64,000 nucleotides of DNA, taken from contig CAYOIX010000005.1 in the NCBI GenBank assembly GCA_964404145.1, positions 117,196 through 181,195 on the forward strand. Direction: 5' to 3'. Below the pieces are notes generated by a model, which saw nothing but the letters and a program-made list of their open reading frames with translations, was not told the origin of the DNA and made no database searches. Both the position numbers and the translations under genes were made by a program. Origin of the DNA: an uncultured Treponemataceae bacterium (GTDB lineage: Bacteria; Spirochaetota; Spirochaetia; Treponematales; Rectinemataceae). Positions 59,780 to 64,000 of this stretch are shown here, piece after piece; positions within the stretch are counted from its first letter, which is position 1, and every line of letters begins with the position of its first letter.

Positions 59780-61296
59780 TGTCGCGGCCTCGGCGGCTCG
59801 ATGTCGCGTTGGCGATGGCGCTCGCCTTCGTCGCGGTGGCCGCCCTGGAAGTCGCCTGCGTCACCAAGCCTGCGGCCGTTGCAGCCTCGCCCGGTCCCGG
59901 CTCGACGAAGGCCGCACCGCCCCCGGCGGCCGCACCGGCCGTACCGGCCGCACCGGCTCCGCCGGTCGCGGTTATTCCTGCCGTATCCCCTCCGGCAGAG
60001 CGGAAGGTGCTGCCGGAACCACCGGTCGGCGCCGCGGCGAACGACAGGCCCGAGCTCTCCTTCCCGCGCCGCTCGCCCATGCCTGACAACCTCTTGGTCG
60101 CCTCTCTCCATGAGCCGATTCCTCCAGCCCCTGCAAAGCCGGCCGCGCCGCCGCCCGTCAGCGCGGCTCCATCTCCGGCGGCGCCGATCTCCGCTCCGAA
60201 AACGGTCCCCGCGACCCAGGTGACGGTCCCGACTCCGCCCGCCCCTGTGGCCGTTGCAAAGGCGCCGAGTCCCGCGCCTGCGAAACCGGCGCCTGCGAAA
60301 CCGGCGCCTGTGAAACCGGCGCCCGTCGTGAAGGCGGCCGAGCCCGCCGCGAAGGCGCCCGAGCCCAAGAACGCCGCTTCGGCCCTGGCTCTCGCCCTCG
60401 ACCCTACAGCGGCCGCGCAGGGCGCGGTTACGCGCACAATATCGGCCGTAGAGGGGCTGCGCTTCGAAGTGCCCTTCGAAGGCACGGGATGGACTTATCT
60501 CGGAGAAAAGACCGCAAAAGAAGGAATCGGTTACGATTCAAGGCGCTTCGCGGGCAGCTCCCTCGTCTTCGTCCTCAACCCGATAAAGGCGGGCGATTAC
60601 GTGTTGCGCTTCCAGAGGCAGGATACGCTCAGGGGAATCTCCTACGAAGATCTCGTCGCTGTCGACGTGGCGCCCAAGCCGACGACGACACCGGCGAGCG
60701 CTCCGTCGACGAGCTCCGCGGCCGCCGCAGGGAGCGTCGCTGTACCCGCGAAGGCAAGCGGCATCGCGCCGCCAGTATCCAATACGGGGCCGAGCGGAGC
60801 GATTACTTCGGGCCCCTCGGCATCGACGGGGGCTCCGACCGCGGGCGGCACGACGGCGACCGGCCCATCGGCATCGGGGTCCGGCGTCCCGACTGCGGCC
60901 GGCACGATGCCGGCGGGCGCCGTGCCCGCCGGAGCGAGCGTCCCGGCGGCTGCCGCCAATACGGCCGGATCCACGGGGGCCTTCGCGGCCCTGTCCGTCA
61001 CGTCCTTGACCACTCCCGAAGCGGCCCTGGCCCAGGCGAGATCCGCCATCGCCGCCGGTCAGGCCCAGGGAGCGCTCGACGCCCTCGATCGCCTCATGGT
61101 CCTCGCGCCGGCCGGCACCGACGAAGGCTACCTGTTGTACGGGCAGGCCCTCGAGCTCAACGGTCCGACAAAGGATATCAAAAGGGCATACGCTTTTTAC
61201 AAGAGGCTGCGAGACGAGTATCCGGAGAGCGCGTACTGGGATCAGGCGGATGCCCGGGTCTCCTATATCGAAAGGCATTACTTCGACATCAGGTAG
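59779..61296 (+). CDS. Pro/Ala-rich putative lipoprotein with a C-terminal TPR-like (YbgF/BamD-like) domain
   Basis: ATG 59779 (TGATG junction). Signal peptide ending ...ALEVAC. PAPAKPAPAKPAPVKPAPV repeats. C-terminus ...YLLYGQALELNGPTKDIKRAYAFYKRLRDEYPESAYWDQA. Confidence 0.55.
   Translation: MSRPRRLDVALAMALAFVAVAALEVACVTKPAAVAASPGPGSTKAAPPPAAAPAVPAAPAPPVAVIPAVSPPAERKVLPEPPVGAAANDRPELSFPRRSPMPDNLLVASLHEPIPPAPAKPAAPPPVSAAPSPAAPISAPKTVPATQVTVPTPPAPVAVAKAPSPAPAKPAPAKPAPVKPAPVVKAAEPAAKAPEPKNAASALALALDPTAAAQGAVTRTISAVEGLRFEVPFEGTGWTYLGEKTAKEGIGYDSRRFAGSSLVFVLNPIKAGDYVLRFQRQDTLRGISYEDLVAVDVAPKPTTTPASAPSTSSAAAAGSVAVPAKASGIAPPVSNTGPSGAITSGPSASTGAPTAGGTTATGPSASGSGVPTAAGTMPAGAVPAGASVPAAAANTAGSTGAFAALSVTSLTTPEAALAQARSAIAAGQAQGALDALDRLMVLAPAGTDEGYLLYGQALELNGPTKDIKRAYAFYKRLRDEYPESAYWDQADARVSYIERHYFDIR
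60274..60323 (+). repeat. 15-bp tandem repeat (gcgcctgcgaaaccg, about 3.3 copies) encoding (PAKPA)n
   Basis: Read directly. The third copy has one substitution. Confidence 0.85.
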
Positions 61297-61342
61297 GGCC
61301 GACGCTTCTGCCGGAATCGGGCCTGTCTCCGCTTGGGCCGAT

Positions 61343-63040
61343 CTATCCGCCCGCGAGGGGTAGGGCGATCCTGTAGGCCGTGCCGCCATCGAAGCTCCGC
61401 TCCATGCTTCCCCCAAGCTGCGCGAGGAGGGTGTCGATGAGCTGAAAGCCCAGCGAGCGCTTGACCTCGGCCGAGGCGAAACCCGGGCCGTCGTCGGATA
61501 CGAATATGAGAATCTCCGACTCGCTCGAGCCCAGGGCGAGCGTGATCCTTCCGTCGGATCGTCCTTTGAACGCGTGCTTGAGAGAGTTCGTAATTATTTC
61601 GTTCAGGACGAGGCCGATCGGTATCGCGCGGTCGAACTCGAGCTCGATCGGATCGCCCGAATAGACCAGCTGCACGCCCCGGACGCCGTAGGCGGCGATG
61701 AGGCTGGAGCAGAGCTCGCGGAAGTACTCCCCGAGCCTGATCCTGGCGAAGTCCCCTCCGCGATAGAGGAATTCGTGGACGAGCGCCAAGGCCTGAACGC
61801 GCGATGAGGATTCGGTCAGCGCGATCGCGGCCTCCGAGTCGACCATGCCGTCCTTCTGCAGGGACAGGAGGCTCGATATGATCTGCATGTTGTTCTTGAC
61901 TCGATGGTGCACCTCCCGCAGGAGGGTATCGCGCTGGCGAACCATGTCCGTGAGCTGGGCTTCGCGCTCCTCCACGGCCGACTCCATCGACCTCACGTCG
62001 CCGATGAGCTCCCGGAACTCGCTGAATGCAGGCTCGAGACTGAATTCGCCGTAGCGCCGATCGCGGATCGACCGCACCCCGGAACGCAGCAGGTCCAGGT
62101 CGCCGAGGATCCGCCTCGCCATTACGAGGGCGATGGAGCCGAGGATCGCGAAGGCGAGGATCGCGAAGACGAGGGCCGAGCTTCGGATCCGATTGATCGT
62201 GACGAAGAACGCCGCGGGGTCGTACGAAGCGATGACGCTCCAGCCGTAATCGCCAAGGCGGCGCGTGAAGGCGCCTAGGGGACTGCCTTCCCCGAGCGAG
62301 ACGCGAGTCGTGCCGCTGCCGGCCGCTCCGCGCAGCACATTCCCGAGGTTGATCCGCTCCTGAACGCGCCGCTTGTCGCGGTCGGCGATGATCGTACCGG
62401 TCCCGTCGACGATTTCCAGAGTCCAGTCCGGTCCGACGGCCTGGGCGACGAAGTCGGAAAGCTGCGAGAGGTCGAGCGAGCCGACGATCGCGAGCCCCTT
62501 CATCGCGAGGCGCGCCGAGATCGAGACCACGGGCCGACCGCTCGACGCGGAGATGTACGATTCCGAGACCAGGGGGACACCCACGGAAGGCCGCGCGTAG
62601 TCGCGATCCGACAGGTCCAGGCCGTCGTCGTTGGGATCCGGCGGCGAGGACGCGATTTGGATGCCTCGCGCGTCGATGCAGGCGAAGGATTCGAACTCGG
62701 GATTGAGAGCGAGCATCGCGCCGAGATGCTCCCTCAGCCTCTCTCGATCGCCGTTCCCGAAGAACGCCTCGTCCTCCGCGATTCCCTCCACCACGGTGAC
62801 GGCGGACCGGAGGAAGGCGAGGGAGCTTTCGGCGACGCCGCGGACTACCGTTTCCCCGCGCGCGGTGAACTCCCGCTCGAAGAAGGAATTTATGAAGAGT
62901 CCTCCGAGGAGCGCGTAGGTCGATAGGGGGGCGACTATGGCCAGAGACACCAGGAGGATGAGATAGGCGCGGATGCCGAGCCTGCGCGCCTTCCTGCCGC
63001 GTCGCCTCGCGCCGAGTCCTCGCGGAGCCTCTGTGCTCAT
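61343..63040 (-). CDS. Sensor histidine kinase (TM, Cache-like periplasmic domain, TM, HAMP, HisKA_2, HATPase_c)
   Basis: HHRVKNNMQIISSLLSLQ (HisKA_2 H-box), NEIITNSLKHAF, DDGPGF. Two TM segments flank a domain of about 250 aa. Confidence 0.85.
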   Translation of the reverse strand: MSTEAPRGLGARRRGRKARRLGIRAYLILLVSLAIVAPLSTYALLGGLFINSFFEREFTARGETVVRGVAESSLAFLRSAVTVVEGIAEDEAFFGNGDRERLREHLGAMLALNPEFESFACIDARGIQIASSPPDPNDDGLDLSDRDYARPSVGVPLVSESYISASSGRPVVSISARLAMKGLAIVGSLDLSQLSDFVAQAVGPDWTLEIVDGTGTIIADRDKRRVQERINLGNVLRGAAGSGTTRVSLGEGSPLGAFTRRLGDYGWSVIASYDPAAFFVTINRIRSSALVFAILAFAILGSIALVMARRILGDLDLLRSGVRSIRDRRYGEFSLEPAFSEFRELIGDVRSMESAVEEREAQLTDMVRQRDTLLREVHHRVKNNMQIISSLLSLQKDGMVDSEAAIALTESSSRVQALALVHEFLYRGGDFARIRLGEYFRELCSSLIAAYGVRGVQLVYSGDPIELEFDRAIPIGLVLNEIITNSLKHAFKGRSDGRITLALGSSESEILIFVSDDGPGFASAEVKRSLGFQLIDTLLAQLGGSMERSFDGGTAYRIALPLAGG

Positions 63041-64000
63041 TTCAGGGCTTGATACTCGCTGCCGCGGACGATATAGACACTATCCTCGCGCGTCACGTCG
63101 CCGTGGGAGTCGAACCCGTATTCCGCCTGGAGGCCTTGGACGCGAGGTTTGGCCAGGATCCGCTGCCTGATTCCGGCGGGCGTGCCTCCGCCCGACATCG
63201 CGTCGATGAGGATGCCCGCCGCCTCGAACGAGTACATGGAGCTGAAGCTCGGCATTGAGCCGAAGCGCGTGCGATAGGCCGCTACGAATTTCAGGTAGGC
63301 GGGCGATATGCTGGCCGGATCGAATTGCTGCTCGAACAGGGTGCCGTCCATGGCCGCGCCGCCGAACCTGAGGAAATCGGTCGTGGCGGCCCAGCCGGAG
63401 GCGAGGGGCAGGATCCCCGGAAGGAGTTGTTTTGCGCGCCGGATGACCAGCGCCGTATCGGAGCCGTTCGCCACGGTCAAGAGCGCGGACGGCCTATCGG
63501 CCAGGAGCCTCTCGAGCATAGGAGCGAATCGGAGATCTTTCGCCGAGGAAGAATAGGACTCGGAAGCGAGCACCCGCCCGCCCGCGGCCTCGAAGGAGGC
63601 GCGGAAGGAGGCGATGAAATCCCTCGCGTAGAGTTCATTGTCCGAATCGTGGAGAATCGATGCGGTCCTCGCCTTCAGCGCGGCCGTCATTTCGCCCAGG
63701 GCCTTTGCGCCGACGGAGCTGGGCGTCATGAGCCGAAAAAGCATATCGTACCGGCCCGACAGGCTCGCCGCGCTCGCCGTAGGCGACAGGAAGAATAGTC
63801 TGGTATCGGCCGCGGCGAGCTCCGCCATGGAACTCGTGTACGGTCCGATCGCGGCGGGGATCCCGAGCGCGACGAGGGCGTTCACGGCGGCGCGGAAAGA
63901 TTCCGGCTTGTTGTCGTCATCCTCCGTGACGAGCCTGACGAAAGCGCCGCGGATCTCGCCGCCGGAATTGGCTTGCTCGATCCTGAGCAGGGCACCGTTC
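63037..64000 (-). CDS. Periplasmic substrate-binding protein, Peripla_BP_6 (LivK-like) family; 5' end lies outside the window
   Basis: The reading frame stays open to the window edge (...GGEIRGAFVRLVTEDDDNKPESFRAAVNALVALGIPAAIGPYTSS...). The stop overlaps the kinase start (ATGA). Confidence 0.75.
   Translation of the reverse strand, partial: NGALLRIEQANSGGEIRGAFVRLVTEDDDNKPESFRAAVNALVALGIPAAIGPYTSSMAELAAADTRLFFLSPTASAASLSGRYDMLFRLMTPSSVGAKALGEMTAALKARTASILHDSDNELYARDFIASFRASFEAAGGRVLASESYSSSAKDLRFAPMLERLLADRPSALLTVANGSDTALVIRRAKQLLPGILPLASGWAATTDFLRFGGAAMDGTLFEQQFDPASISPAYLKFVAAYRTRFGSMPSFSSMYSFEAAGILIDAMSGGGTPAGIRQRILAKPRVQGLQAEYGFDSHGDVTREDSVYIVRGSEYQALK

Overview
GC-rich bacterial chromosomal segment with a strong G/C preference at third codon positions and short AT-rich islands at promoters. 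I call about 55 protein-coding genes, 2 tRNAs and 1 clear pseudogene. I found no rRNA, CRISPR array, transposase, integrase or phage genes. The gene content looks spirochaete-like (inference only): a Treponema denticola-type trans-2-enoyl reductase (FabV/TER), a solitary groES without groEL, and regulatory-PTS EIIA(Ntr) proteins without PTS permeases.

Gene blocks, left to right:
1. 1-2009: sugar ABC uptake genes.
2. 2318-4109: tRNA-Thr and a TGS-domain nucleoside kinase.
3. 4141-6477: a decayed second sugar-ABC locus with an intact LacI regulator.
4. 6488-9159: M28-like peptidase and oligoendopeptidase F.
5. 9193-14705: livJHMGF branched-chain amino acid ABC operon.
6. 15013-19741: rsmE and fabV-fabZ-fabF-fabH.
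7. 19939-26551: etfB-etfA, a long acyl-CoA dehydrogenase, and adhE.
8. 26539-32732: six-subunit Ech-type [NiFe] hydrogenase echABCDEF plus hypAB, convergent with block 7.
9. 32865-35264: ftsH and groES.
10. 35411-38649: PtsN, a divergent DAACS-like transporter, a ThrC-like protein lacking the PLP lysine, and tRNA-Arg.
11. 38853-45231: ROK glucokinase, an orphan glycyl-radical-enzyme activase, a multidomain class III adenylate cyclase, and an RNB ribonuclease.
12. 45397-48149: rplM-rpsI-recX and an HTH-EIIA fusion.
13. 48168-56056: htrA and a seven-gene envelope operon (membrane protein, HTH_34 regulator, ABC ATPase, two FtsX permeases, LolA-like protein, beta-barrel OMP).
14. 56260-61296: smc and two downstream envelope proteins.
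15. 61343-64000: a Cache-HAMP-HisKA_2 histidine kinase translationally coupled to a periplasmic binding protein.

Most worth a second look:
- The Lol-like envelope operon, and the three tandem perfect hairpins inside it (51639-51765).
- The HTH-EIIA fusion, and a box shared between its own promoter and the ech promoter.
- The Etf/Acd-AdhE-Ech redox island.
- The ThrC-like pseudoenzyme.
- The orphan GRE activase with a repeat-decorated, apparently leaderless promoter.

All calls rest on reading the ORF translations and the nucleotide sequence. No database search was run.
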